Source: an uncultured virus (IMG/VR IMGVR_UViG_3300042477_000802) (taxonomy: Duplodnaviria > Heunggongvirae > Uroviricota > Caudoviricetes). From it: a DNA stretch of 64,000 nt. Of this stretch, positions 1-9,187 are shown piece by piece. Positions within the stretch are counted from its first letter, which is position 1; every line of letters begins with the position of its first letter. A model generated the notes under the pieces. It was not told where the DNA came from. It worked only from the letters and a program-made list of their open reading frames with translations, and did not search any database. Made by a program: the position numbers and the translations under genes. The stretch spans positions 1 through 64,000 of the IMG/VR virus record IMGVR_UViG_3300042477_000802; one strand, 5' to 3'.

Positions 1-666
1 ATGGGAGATATGCAAAATATCTCCTATTATCTATATCGGATCATCAATCAAGTAAATAATAAAATTTATATTGGTCAAACAAAAAATCCGAAACAAAGGT
101 GGCGCCGGCATAAAATTGATGCCCGTCACCTTTCTCCATTAATGTTAATTTCTAAAGCTATTAAGAAATATGGGGTAGAAAATTTTACTTTTGAAGTAAT
201 TGCTACCACAACTAGTTTAAATTTAGCCAATGAGTCAGAAATTGAATTAATTGCTCAATATCAATCGCAAGCACCATTTGGATATAATGCGACTATTGGT
301 GGTAATAATAAACCAGTGTGTTCTGCATGGAATAAGGGAACTAAAGGTATCATTAAACCTAATAGTGGAAGTTTTAAGCCGGGGCAACCCTCTTGGTTAA
401 AAGGAAAAATAGGAATTACCCATGGATTTAAAAAAGGACATCAGATTAATGTCGGTAGAAAATTTCCTAATAGGAAAATTCCGGTAGGAGAAAAAACCAG
501 TCAAGCTAAACTTAAGGGAGAGCAAGTGTTAAAAATAGTGGAATTATATAGAAAAAATTATAGTCAACAACAATTAGCTCAATTATTTAATGTGAGTCGA
601 GCTGCCATTAAAAAAATTATTACTGGAAAAACTTGGAGTCATATTACGAATATTAATTTACCATAA
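1..666 (+). CDS. GIY-YIG homing endonuclease with C-terminal HTH
   Basis: YLYRI..N..NNKIYIGQT..RW..H N-terminal motif, GYN motif, WNKG/FKKG NUMOD-like repeats, C-terminal SQQQLAQLFNVSR HTH. Confidence 0.85.
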   Translation: MGDMQNISYYLYRIINQVNNKIYIGQTKNPKQRWRRHKIDARHLSPLMLISKAIKKYGVENFTFEVIATTTSLNLANESEIELIAQYQSQAPFGYNATIGGNNKPVCSAWNKGTKGIIKPNSGSFKPGQPSWLKGKIGITHGFKKGHQINVGRKFPNRKIPVGEKTSQAKLKGEQVLKIVELYRKNYSQQQLAQLFNVSRAAIKKIITGKTWSHITNINLP

Positions 667-1113
667 AGCTTTTAATTTAACTACTCTCCAATAATCTTCT
701 TCTGTATATGGTGTACCGTGAAGATACCATTCTTTATACCCATTACTATATTCTATGGCCGGACCATCTTCTCGATGTCGTTGGCCTGATATATACCAAG
801 CTTTATAGCCATCATCCCAGATGATGGCTGGACCACCTTCTCGATGTTTTTTACCATGAATCCACCATTCTTGACGGCCACTAATAAAGTCTATTGCTGG
901 ACCATCTGCTCGATGTAATTTATCATAAATCCACCACTCTTGATCACCATTATTACATTCTATAGCTGGTTTATCTTCTCGATGACATTGTCCATGAAAA
1001 TACCAAAATTTGTCTCCATTAAAATATTCTATCGCTGGACCATCTTCTCGATGCAATTCATCATTCCAATAGTATCTTTTAGTCCCAAGTTCATCTATTA
1101 TAATTTCTTGCAT
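658..1113 (-). CDS. HREDGPA-repeat family protein (cluster A)
   Basis: 5 repeat units, MQEI head, YWRVVKLKALW tail. Confidence 0.9.
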   Translation of the reverse strand: MQEIIIDELGTKRYYWNDELHREDGPAIEYFNGDKFWYFHGQCHREDKPAIECNNGDQEWWIYDKLHRADGPAIDFISGRQEWWIHGKKHREGGPAIIWDDGYKAWYISGQRHREDGPAIEYSNGYKEWYLHGTPYTEEDYWRVVKLKALW

Positions 1114-1116
1114 ACT

Positions 1117-1437
1117 TTACCATAAAACTTTGAGCTTTACTACTCTCCAATAATTTTCTTCAGAATACTGAATATGTCTAATCCACCATTCTTTATGACC
1201 ATTAGCATATTCTACTGCTGGACCATCTTCTCGATGACGTTGACCATGAAACCACCAAGATTTATATCCAGAAATAAATTCTACCGCTGGACCATCTTCT
1301 CGATGATATCGGTCATTAAAATACCATTCTTTATCTCCATTAGCACATTCTACTGCGGGTCCATCTTCTCGATGTAATTCACCATTCCAATAGTATTCTT
1401 TATTGCCGAATTTATCTATCTTAATTTTTTGCATAAA
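1117..1437 (-). CDS. HREDGPA-repeat family protein (cluster A)
   Basis: 3 repeats; start at MQKIKID (alternative start 1446). Confidence 0.9.
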   Translation of the reverse strand, partial: FMQKIKIDKFGNKEYYWNGELHREDGPAVECANGDKEWYFNDRYHREDGPAVEFISGYKSWWFHGQRHREDGPAVEYANGHKEWWIRHIQYSEENYWRVVKLKVLW

Positions 1438-1439
1438 TT

Positions 1440-1826
1440 TTACCATAAAGCTTTCAATTTAACCACTCGCCAATATTCTTGCTCTGAATATTGTTTACCT
1501 TGAAGGTACCATTCTTTCATTTTATTAGAATATTCTAGAGCAGGGCCATCTTCTCGATGGCGTTTTCCATGAATCCAATATTCTTTACTACCATCAGCAT
1601 ATTCTATCGCCGGACCGTCTTCTCGATGACGTTGACTATGAAGATACCAATGTTTTCCATCAAGGGAACTATCTATCGCTGGGCCGTCTTCTCTATGCCA
1701 TCGCCCATGACAATACCAATATTTATCCCCATTAATATACTCTATTGCCGGACCGTCTTCTCGATGTATGATACCATTCCAATAATATCTTTTATTACCA
1801 AATTCATCTATTTTAATTTCTTGCAT
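1440..1826 (-). CDS. HREDGPA-repeat family protein (cluster A)
   Basis: 4 repeats, conserved head and tail. Confidence 0.9.
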   Translation of the reverse strand: MQEIKIDEFGNKRYYWNGIIHREDGPAIEYINGDKYWYCHGRWHREDGPAIDSSLDGKHWYLHSQRHREDGPAIEYADGSKEYWIHGKRHREDGPALEYSNKMKEWYLQGKQYSEQEYWRVVKLKALW

Positions 1827-1829
1827 ACT

Positions 1830-2216
1830 TTACCACAAAGCTTGTAATTTAACCACTCTCCAATAGTCTTCTTCTGAATATGGCGTACCGTGAAGGTACC
1901 AAGATTTATCTCCATTAGCATATTCGATAGCCGGGCCATCTTCTCGATGGAAAAGACCATGAAGACACCATATTTTACTTCCATCAGCATATTCTCTGGC
2001 CGGGCCATCTTCTCGGTGGTACTTTCCATAAAAATACCACTCTTTAGATCCATTATTATATTCTAGGGCTGGACCATCTTTTCGATGGAGTTGATTATGA
2101 AAATACCACTCTTTAGTTCCATTAGGCCATTCTATGGCTGGACCATCTTCTCGATGCAGCTAACCATTCCAATAATATCTTTTAGTTCCATCTTTATCTA
2201 TCTTAATTTCTTGCAT
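1830..2216 (-). pseudogene. HREDGPA-repeat gene with one in-frame TAG
   Basis: 387-nt frame MQEIKIDKDGTKRYYWNG*LHREDG...WRVVKLQALW; TAG at 2160-2162 where paralogs usually have Gln; absent from the ORF track. Confidence 0.85.
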
Positions 2217-2219
2217 ACT

Positions 2220-2534
2220 TCACCATAAAGCTTTTAATTTAACTAGCCGCCAATATTCTTCTTCTGTATATTGTTTACCTTGAAGGTACCACTCTTTATC
2301 TCCATTAGACCATTCTATGGCTGGTCCATCTTCTCGATGTCGTTGACCATGAAGATACCAATATTTAGTTCCATTAGCATATTCTACGGCTGGTCTATCT
2401 TCTCGATGACGAGAGCCATGAAGATACCAATGTTCATCGCCATTAAAAAATTTTATCGCAGGGCCATCTTCTCGATGGAGACGATCACTCCAATAATAAT
2501 ATTTTCCCCAGTGATCTTCTTTAATTTCTTGCAT
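2220..2534 (-). CDS. HREDGPA-repeat family protein (cluster A)
   Basis: 3 repeats, conserved termini. Confidence 0.9.
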   Translation of the reverse strand: MQEIKEDHWGKYYYWSDRLHREDGPAIKFFNGDEHWYLHGSRHREDRPAVEYANGTKYWYLHGQRHREDGPAIEWSNGDKEWYLQGKQYTEEEYWRLVKLKALW

Positions 2535-2538
2535 AACT

Positions 2539-2856
2539 TCACCATAAAGTTTTTAATTTAACCACTCGCCAATAGTCTTCTTCTGAATATTGTTTATCAT
2601 TAATAAACCAAGCTTTAAAACCGCTAGAATATTCGGCTGCTGGCCCATCTTCTCGATGTCGTTGACCATGAAGATACCAAGCTTTACTGCCATCAGACCA
2701 TTCTATGGCGGGGCCTCCTTCTCGATGACGTTGATCGTTAAAATACCATTCTTGAGAACCATCTGCAAACTCGATGGCTGGACCATCTTCTCGATGGAGA
2801 TGGTCATCCTCGAAATAGAGAATCTTATTGCTAAATCGTATTATTTCTTTTGCCAT
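2539..2856 (-). CDS. HREDGPA-repeat family protein (cluster A)
   Basis: 3 repeats, KLKTLW tail. Confidence 0.9.
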   Translation of the reverse strand: MAKEIIRFSNKILYFEDDHLHREDGPAIEFADGSQEWYFNDQRHREGGPAIEWSDGSKAWYLHGQRHREDGPAAEYSSGFKAWFINDKQYSEEDYWRVVKLKTLW

Positions 2857-2885
2857 AATTATGCCACTAAAATCACATTAATTTT

Positions 2886-4154
2886 GTCAATTATCACCAG
2901 CACAAGGCTGGTGGCTTGTAAGTAGCTTCGCTGCTCTTACCATAGGCTGATTGACTTCAGCCCCATTAAATAACATATAGTCATCTAATGCTCGTCTGCT
3001 AATATTTCTACTAGCATTTAAGTCTGCATTTAGTTTAAATCCACATTGTTGACAACAAAAACTAACCTGAGTCTTCCTGTTTTTCTTCTCAGTAAACCCG
3101 CATTTACTACATTGTTGACTGGTATAAGCAGGATTAACATGGACTACTTGTATGCCTTTTGCCTGACCTTTATAGGTTAGGAACTGCTCTAGTTGATAAT
3201 AATTCCAACTATTCAAGGCTGATCTTTGAGGTTTTCTCATACGTGATCTTCTAATACCAATTAACTTTTCTAGTACTACGGTATCACCTGGATTTAAACT
3301 ATTAATAATCTGTTTACTAATCTGATGGTTAATGTCTGCTTTAAACCGTTTTTCTTTACCTGAAAGGTTTCTAAGATGCCTTTTAGCAGATGGACTACCA
3401 ACTTTCTGTAATTTTCTCCTTAATGCTTTATACTTGTGACATATTGACTTAAGTTTACTTCCGCAATAAAACTTATTATCTGAAGTAACGGCTAACTTTT
3501 TGATACCTCGATCAACTCCTAAAAACTTACCATTAACCTTTACGTCTTCTCTTTCTTTCTCAAAAGAGATATGCAAATAGATAGTATTCTTCTTAATCAG
3601 AAGGTCAGCACTAGTATACTTCCAATCAGTAAAATAATGCTGATAATACTGAGGAATATCTAGCTTAATTTTCTTTCTACCAGCAATAGTCAGAATAGAC
3701 ACAACTCCAGATTTAGAGATAGAGTAGCTATTACAATCTAGTCGAATGGCAGCTAACTTTGACTGTGGACATTTGCTATACTTATTTTTAGCTTTAATGC
3801 TTTTAAGAGCTTCTGCGGCTTTAGTTCTAGCAGAAATTGCTAATTGAGATGGTAAGTTAAAGTTAGTTCGACAGTCTTGGTAAGTTAGCTTATGTAGTTT
3901 AATAGAATTAGTTATTTTGCTCTTGTAACCTATTTGACAGACAAGATTAAAAGCAGCAGTATAAGCTTGCAGTGAAGGTAGAATTTCTTCTGCCTTGACA
4001 TCAAGTTTTAGTTTGACCGTTCTATATAACCTCATATGTAGTGATATATCAATATATAGGAATTTTTGTGTAACCTAAAAATTTATTTAGATAGCAGAAA
4101 GGAGAGGCAATTCCTCCCTCAGCACAAGGCTGAGGGTGTCCTTGCCTAAAGATC
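2886..4154 (-). mobile_element. IS200/IS605-family tnpB-only (IS1341-like) element
   Basis: Subterminal hairpins at both ends share CAGCACAAGGCTG (~2898-2910 and ~4120-4132); minus-strand right end ...GATAATTGAC; left end preceded by TTCAT; no tnpA. Confidence 0.8.
2887..4035 (-). CDS. tnpB: RNA-guided endonuclease TnpB
   Basis: RuvC motifs GVDRG, VLEKL, NADLNA; Zn ribbon TSQQCSKCG...CQQCG. Confidence 0.92.
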   Translation of the reverse strand: MRLYRTVKLKLDVKAEEILPSLQAYTAAFNLVCQIGYKSKITNSIKLHKLTYQDCRTNFNLPSQLAISARTKAAEALKSIKAKNKYSKCPQSKLAAIRLDCNSYSISKSGVVSILTIAGRKKIKLDIPQYYQHYFTDWKYTSADLLIKKNTIYLHISFEKEREDVKVNGKFLGVDRGIKKLAVTSDNKFYCGSKLKSICHKYKALRRKLQKVGSPSAKRHLRNLSGKEKRFKADINHQISKQIINSLNPGDTVVLEKLIGIRRSRMRKPQRSALNSWNYYQLEQFLTYKGQAKGIQVVHVNPAYTSQQCSKCGFTEKKNRKTQVSFCCQQCGFKLNADLNASRNISRRALDDYMLFNGAEVNQPMVRAAKLLTSHQPCAGDN

Positions 4155-4547
4155 ATGAAAAAAGCCACTCTTCAACTAGTTAAACAAGCTAATAAATTAT
4201 TAAAAAAATATGCTGATATTGATGCTAATGAAATGAAACAAGAAATAGCAGATTATATTAAGCAACAAGTAGCTAATGCTTCTACTAGTACCGAAACTAG
4301 TGGTGTTATGCCTTTTGTTAGTATGTTACAAGAGGATAGAGCTACCTTAGCTATTAATGTAGTCAGAGACGGTAATAAAATTAAAGTTTCTTATCCAGCA
4401 GTAGCTCCTAGCCATTTAACAGATAAGTACTCTCCATTATCTAATCAAATTAGAAATTATCTGCAAAGAAATTTAGAATTATTTGGAACCGTTAAAAATG
4501 GCGAAGATATTGATTATGATGATTTTACGTTTACATTAAATTATTAA
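4155..4547 (+). CDS. hypothetical protein
   Basis: 130-aa ORF; ATG abuts the IS left end. Confidence 0.7.
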   Translation: MKKATLQLVKQANKLLKKYADIDANEMKQEIADYIKQQVANASTSTETSGVMPFVSMLQEDRATLAINVVRDGNKIKVSYPAVAPSHLTDKYSPLSNQIRNYLQRNLELFGTVKNGEDIDYDDFTFTLNY

Positions 4548-4910
4548 TCACCATAAAGCTTGTAATTTTAGCGATCTATCAAATTCTTCTTGAGAAGAAG
4601 AAGTGACAAATTTGCCTTTAAACCACCATTCTTTCCGGCCAGAAACATGTTCTATGGCTGGTCCGTCTTCTCGATGAAGAAGATCATGACAATACCACTC
4701 TTGATTACCATTATCATAGATAATGGCTGGCCCATCCATACGATGGAGTTGACCGTAATTAAACCACATTTGAGAGCCATTAGCTCGCTCAATAGCTGGA
4801 CCATTTTCTCGATGAAGAGTACTATTGAATAGCCAATATTTATCTCCTTCGTTATCCATCAGCAAGAAATAAGATTTATTATCTTCTATAATAGTTTTCG
4901 TCTGATACAT
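4548..4910 (-). CDS. HREDGPA-repeat family protein (cluster B)
   Basis: 3 repeats, KLQALW tail. Confidence 0.88.
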   Translation of the reverse strand: MYQTKTIIEDNKSYFLLMDNEGDKYWLFNSTLHRENGPAIERANGSQMWFNYGQLHRMDGPAIIYDNGNQEWYCHDLLHREDGPAIEHVSGRKEWWFKGKFVTSSSQEEFDRSLKLQALW

Positions 4911-4913
4911 AAT

Positions 4914-5447
4914 TTACCAAAATAATTTTAATTTTAAATAGCGCTGAAAATCTAATTGACAAGAGACTGGTATTTTAACGTCGCAGTAAAACCATCTTTT
5001 ACTTCCATCAAAAGATTCTACTGCTGGACCATCTTCTCGATGAAGTTTTCCATGACGATACCATTCTTTATATCCATCAGCCAGTTCTACTGCTGGACCA
5101 TCTTCTCGATGAAGTTTTCCATGACGATACCATTCTTTACTTCCATCAAAAGATTCTACTGCTGGACCACCTTCTCGATGTCTTTTGCCATGAATCCACC
5201 ATTGTTTATCTCCATTAGAATATTCTATGGCTGGACCATCTTCTCGATGTAATTGCCCCTTAACCCACCATTCTTTAGCTCCACTAATACGATCTATGGC
5301 TGGACCATCTTCTCGATGTCGTTGACCATGAATCCACCATTCTTTACTACCATTAGCATATTCTAGGGCTGGACCATCTTCTCGATGTAGATCACCTTTC
5401 AAAAAATATTTTTTGGTCCCCAATTTGTCGATTTTAATTTTTTGCAT
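4914..5447 (-). CDS. HREDGPA-repeat family protein (cluster B)
   Basis: 6 repeats including near-identical internal duplications; KLKLFW tail. Confidence 0.9.
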   Translation of the reverse strand: MQKIKIDKLGTKKYFLKGDLHREDGPALEYANGSKEWWIHGQRHREDGPAIDRISGAKEWWVKGQLHREDGPAIEYSNGDKQWWIHGKRHREGGPAVESFDGSKEWYRHGKLHREDGPAVELADGYKEWYRHGKLHREDGPAVESFDGSKRWFYCDVKIPVSCQLDFQRYLKLKLFW

Positions 5448-5450
5448 ACT

Positions 5451-5831
5451 TTACCATAAAGCTTGTAACTTTACTACTCTCCAATAATCTTCTTCTGAAT
5501 ATTTTTGACCGTTAAGATACCATTCTTTAGTTCCAGCAGATCCTTTAATTGAATTAACACCATATTCTATCGCATCGTGAAGATACCACTCTTTACCTCC
5601 ATTAAGATATTCTATTGCTGGACCATCTGTTCGATGTAATTTACCATGAAACCACCATTGTTTACAATCATTAGGATGTTCTATGGCAGGACCATCTTCT
5701 CGATGTCGTTGACCATGAAGATACCAATCTTTTCTACCATCTTTATATTCTATAGCAGGACCATCTTCTCTATGTAACTGACCATTATAAGAATAATATA
5801 TATTACCAAATTGATTTACAATTGTTTGCAT
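5451..5831 (-). CDS. HREDGPA-repeat family protein (cluster B)
   Basis: 3 repeats plus a degenerate unit. Confidence 0.88.
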   Translation of the reverse strand: MQTIVNQFGNIYYSYNGQLHREDGPAIEYKDGRKDWYLHGQRHREDGPAIEHPNDCKQWWFHGKLHRTDGPAIEYLNGGKEWYLHDAIEYGVNSIKGSAGTKEWYLNGQKYSEEDYWRVVKLQALW

Positions 5832-5833
5832 AA

Positions 5834-6079
5834 TTACCACAAAGCTTTGAGCTTAACTACTCGCCAATATTCTTTTTCTGAATATTGTTTACCTTGAAGC
5901 CACCACTCTTTAAGCCCACTAAAATGTTGTATAGCTGGACCATCTTCTCGATGACGCTGATCATGAAGATACCAAAATTTACTTCCATCAGTATATTCTA
6001 TGGCAGGACCATCTTCTCGATGTAATTGGCCATTCCAATAATAAGATTTACCCCAGCGGTCTGTTTTAATTTCCTGCAT
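5834..6079 (-). CDS. HREDGPA-repeat family protein (cluster B)
   Basis: 2 repeats, conserved termini. Confidence 0.9.
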   Translation of the reverse strand: MQEIKTDRWGKSYYWNGQLHREDGPAIEYTDGSKFWYLHDQRHREDGPAIQHFSGLKEWWLQGKQYSEKEYWRVVKLKALW

Positions 6080-6083
6080 AACT

Positions 6084-6401
6084 TTACCACAAAGCTTTCA
6101 ATTTAACTAATCTCCAATACTCTTCTTCTGTATATTCTTTGCCTTGAATATAGAATCCTGTGAAGCCACAAGGTGATTCAAATGCTGGGCCATCTATTCG
6201 ATGTCGTTGACCATGATAATACCAAACTTTAATTCCAGTGCTATGCTCCATCGCAGGAGCATTTTCTCGATGCAATTGACCATGCATCCACCACTCTTTA
6301 GAACCATTAGGCCATTCTATAGCTGGACCATCTTCTCGATGTATCTGACTATTCCAATAATATTTTTTAGTCCCATCTCCATCTATTTTAATTTCTTGCA
6401 T
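6084..6401 (-). CDS. HREDGPA-repeat family protein (cluster B)
   Basis: 3 repeats, conserved termini. Confidence 0.9.
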   Translation of the reverse strand: MQEIKIDGDGTKKYYWNSQIHREDGPAIEWPNGSKEWWMHGQLHRENAPAMEHSTGIKVWYYHGQRHRIDGPAFESPCGFTGFYIQGKEYTEEEYWRLVKLKALW

Positions 6402-6402
6402 A

Positions 6403-6723
6403 CTATTGCCATAACGCTTTCAATTTAACCACTCGCCAATAGTCTTCTTCAGAGTATTCTTTATTTTGAAGAAACCACCATTTTACTCCATTGATATAAT
6501 CCATGGCCGGACCATCTTCTCGATGATGTCGACCATGAATAAGCCATTCTTTGGATCCATCAGACCATTCGATAGCTGGGCCATCTTCTCGATGAAGAAT
6601 ACCATTCCAATAATATTCTTTGGTTCCAGAAATAAACTCTACTGCTGGGCCATCTTCTCGATGTTTTTGACCATTATAGTAATAAAATTTATTATCCTCT
6701 TGATCTATTTTCACTTTTTGCAT
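6403..6723 (-). CDS. HREDGPA-repeat family protein (cluster B)
   Basis: 3 repeats; tail KLKALWQ. Confidence 0.9.
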   Translation of the reverse strand: MQKVKIDQEDNKFYYYNGQKHREDGPAVEFISGTKEYYWNGILHREDGPAIEWSDGSKEWLIHGRHHREDGPAMDYINGVKWWFLQNKEYSEEDYWRVVKLKALWQ

Positions 6724-6727
6724 AAAT

Positions 6728-7246
6728 TTACCATAAAGCTTTTAATTTCACCACTCTCCAATATTCTTCTCCTGAATAGATTTTATCTTGAAGATACCAC
6801 AATTTAATTCCATTAGCATATTCTATAGCCGGACCATCTTCTCGATGTAATTTGCCGTGATACCACCACTCTTTAGCTCCACTAGAATATTCAATAGCAG
6901 GGCCATCTTCTCGATGAAGACGTCCATTAAAATACCAGACTTTATTATCCGGGCTTTCTAAGGCTGGACCATCTATTCGATGGAGTTGACCATGAAGCCA
7001 CCATTGTTTATCCCCATTAGCTACTTCTACCGCTGGACCGCCCTCTCGATGGCATTGACTATAGAGATGCCATTCTTTGGATCCACTCTCCCACTCTATA
7101 GCTGGACCGTTTTCTCGATGTCGTTGACCATGAATCCACCATTGCTTATGGCCCTCAGACCATTCTGCCGCTGGACCATCTTCTCGATGGAGTTGACCAT
7201 TCCAATAATAGCATTTACTAAATTCATCTTCTTTAATTTCTTGCAT
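6728..7246 (-). CDS. HREDGPA-repeat family protein (cluster B)
   Basis: 6 repeats, conserved termini. Confidence 0.9.
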   Translation of the reverse strand: MQEIKEDEFSKCYYWNGQLHREDGPAAEWSEGHKQWWIHGQRHRENGPAIEWESGSKEWHLYSQCHREGGPAVEVANGDKQWWLHGQLHRIDGPALESPDNKVWYFNGRLHREDGPAIEYSSGAKEWWYHGKLHREDGPAIEYANGIKLWYLQDKIYSGEEYWRVVKLKALW

Positions 7247-7370
7247 ATTAACCTCGATAAATTATCGAAACACAATTTTTCGTCTTTCAGTCCTAAAAGG
7301 AATGAATTCTGGAGATAAATAATTTGCCTGTCCCAATAATTTTTGTTCTCGCCTCACCAGACGCAAAGAT

Positions 7371-7883
7371 TCATTTATTTTTTCTTCGATGATCTCGAAA
7401 GGTTCCAAATAATTTGTCGGCCCAAAAAGAGAAAATTCCATAATTAATTTGCATATTTACATGATGTAAGTAATGTAAATAACTCCACTTTCTATATATA
7501 GTGTAGATTACGGGAATTTTCCCCAACCAATGATTTTTAATATGAAAAGCATCATGTAAGTAATTGTGAGCTAGTCCAGTCAGTATCTGTACGCTCCAAA
7601 TAATAAGTACTAAATAACATGAGATTAACCCTAAGAAATATAAAATAAGTGGCAAGATCACTAGCGGGAGGGCGGCAATAATAAAAAACTTGGGAGCCGC
7701 ATCTTTACCTGCATGACGATAGGTGCTAGAAACATAATCATGAGCTGGATATAACCTTTGATGATGAGTCATATGAGCCTGATGAGCTTCTTTCATCCAG
7801 GTTTGATGTAACGCCCAATGAAAACCATATCCAAAAAGTAAAGTGGTAATATATGATATAATTATAGTTAACACTATTAACAT
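7371..7883 (-). CDS. fatty-acid hydroxylase/sterol desaturase superfamily membrane enzyme
   Basis: Di-metal His boxes HWALH, HMTHH, HNYLHDAFH, HYLHH; TM segments; NYG...DKLFGT. Confidence 0.85.
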   Translation of the reverse strand: MLIVLTIIISYITTLLFGYGFHWALHQTWMKEAHQAHMTHHQRLYPAHDYVSSTYRHAGKDAAPKFFIIAALPLVILPLILYFLGLISCYLVLIIWSVQILTGLAHNYLHDAFHIKNHWLGKIPVIYTIYRKWSYLHYLHHVNMQINYGIFSFWADKLFGTFRDHRRKNK

Positions 7884-7900
7884 AATTATATGTTAAGATA

Positions 7901-8101
7901 TTAGATTAGAAATGGCCTGCCAGAAATTAAATCATCTAAAGAGATAGAAAATTTTACTAAATCTTTGGCCTGATCAGCTAAGCCTAGATCAGAAAATTCT
8001 GAGGCTTGCTCTAATGCTAATTGAGATAAAGAAACCATTATTTCCTGTGGAGAATAATTCTTAAATAAATCTCGTAACTTATCTTGATCTATAGGCGACA
8101 T
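7901..8101 (-). CDS. hypothetical protein
   Basis: 66-aa ORF with GGAG RBS. Confidence 0.6.
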   Translation of the reverse strand: MSPIDQDKLRDLFKNYSPQEIMVSLSQLALEQASEFSDLGLADQAKDLVKFSISLDDLISGRPFLI

Positions 8102-8115
8102 CTTTTGGCTCCAAT

Positions 8116-8139
8116 AAAAAAGCGACCCGCAGGTCGCTT
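8116..8139 (-). terminator. intrinsic terminator
   Basis: AGCGACC-TGCG-GGTCGCT hairpin followed by a T-run on the minus strand. Confidence 0.7.
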
Positions 8140-8162
8140 AGTGTTTAGTTAAGTGATAAGAT

Positions 8163-8522
8163 TCAGTTTAATTCTAACTGCGAATTATTTTCATATTCCG
8201 AAATCAAATGAATACATTCTTCAGCTTGCGCAACTGCATCACCGAAATACGCATTTTTAGAAACAGAGGATAAAAAACTCTTAATAAAAGGTAATGATTT
8301 TTGATTAACAATTCCGCTTTTAATTGACTCCTCTACTCCCAAATCTAGGATATTTTCAATTTGATTTTGAATTTGCCAACCAAGTTTATTAAACTCTTTG
8401 CAAATAGCAATAATATCGGAAATATCTAAAGGAATAGAAAACTCTTCATCTTGATCAGTGACAGCAACATTATTAATTAATGTTAAGTTATCTAAATTTT
8501 GAGCAGTCATATGCAACTCCAT
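8163..8522 (-). CDS. hypothetical protein
   Basis: ORF track, co-oriented. Confidence 0.65.
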   Translation of the reverse strand: MELHMTAQNLDNLTLINNVAVTDQDEEFSIPLDISDIIAICKEFNKLGWQIQNQIENILDLGVEESIKSGIVNQKSLPFIKSFLSSVSKNAYFGDAVAQAEECIHLISEYENNSQLELN

Positions 8523-8648
8523 GTCTCTGGATATGTTAGGTAGCCAACTACCTAACTCCTACTAAAGCGGTTTTGTTAATTAAAAATTGTTAATTACCTC
8601 CTAGACGTATATATTATATGTGATTTTATTGGTTTTTAACCCAAAAAA

Positions 8649-9131
8649 TTATCCATCAATCTCTTCGTAAATAGCATCAAATCCATACGTATGATACAAT
8701 ACTTGTATGGCATTTTTTACTTCTGGAAATTTAGATCCATAATTGGTAACAGCATTTTTACCATCATGCACCTCATAAAAAATATCTTGCAAGAGATTAC
8801 TGCCGCAGATTTTTTCTAATCTGTCTAATTCTGAAAGAAGATAATGTAAATTAACCGTGGGAAAACTAATTTCTTCTACCACAGACACTTGAGAGGGTGT
8901 TAAATCTTTTTCTTGATGTATAAATTGCTCTTTATCTAACGCATAACTTTTAGCAAAGTGCACTAAAATTGGGTGATAATTAATAGAATTAGGAATATCA
9001 TGTAGGGTTTCATGACACATGTATTTAACATACATGACAATTCTATTAAATTCGTCAGTATCAATGGTAAAAAACCAATCTTTGGTGCCAAATTTATCAA
9101 ATAATGTGTCAATGCTGGAATTGATATCCAT
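8649..9131 (-). CDS. hypothetical protein
   Basis: ORF with TAAGGA RBS. Confidence 0.7.
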   Translation of the reverse strand: MDINSSIDTLFDKFGTKDWFFTIDTDEFNRIVMYVKYMCHETLHDIPNSINYHPILVHFAKSYALDKEQFIHQEKDLTPSQVSVVEEISFPTVNLHYLLSELDRLEKICGSNLLQDIFYEVHDGKNAVTNYGSKFPEVKNAIQVLYHTYGFDAIYEEIDG

Positions 9132-9144
9132 ATATTTATCCTTA

Positions 9145-9164
9145 GTCTCTACATATAGAGCAAT
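9145..9164 (-). repeat. solitary Cas12j(CasPhi)-like repeat hairpin, copy 1
   Basis: minus strand ATTG-CTCTA-TATG-TAGAG-AC. Confidence 0.6.
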
Positions 9165-9187
9165 AGAAAGTTTTTTAATAAGTTAAA

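Noticed and set aside
2160..2162. TAG at a Gln position suggesting genetic code 15
   Set aside because: Single instance; TAG ends other genes (e.g. the HNH gene at 23576, where read-through would enter a tRNA), genes are not fragmented, and no suppressor tRNA was seen. A CAG>TAG mutation is simpler
658..7246. Periodic GGACCATCTTCTCGATG repeats as a CRISPR array
   Set aside because: 69-nt in-frame coding repeats with synonymous variation, not repeat-spacer units
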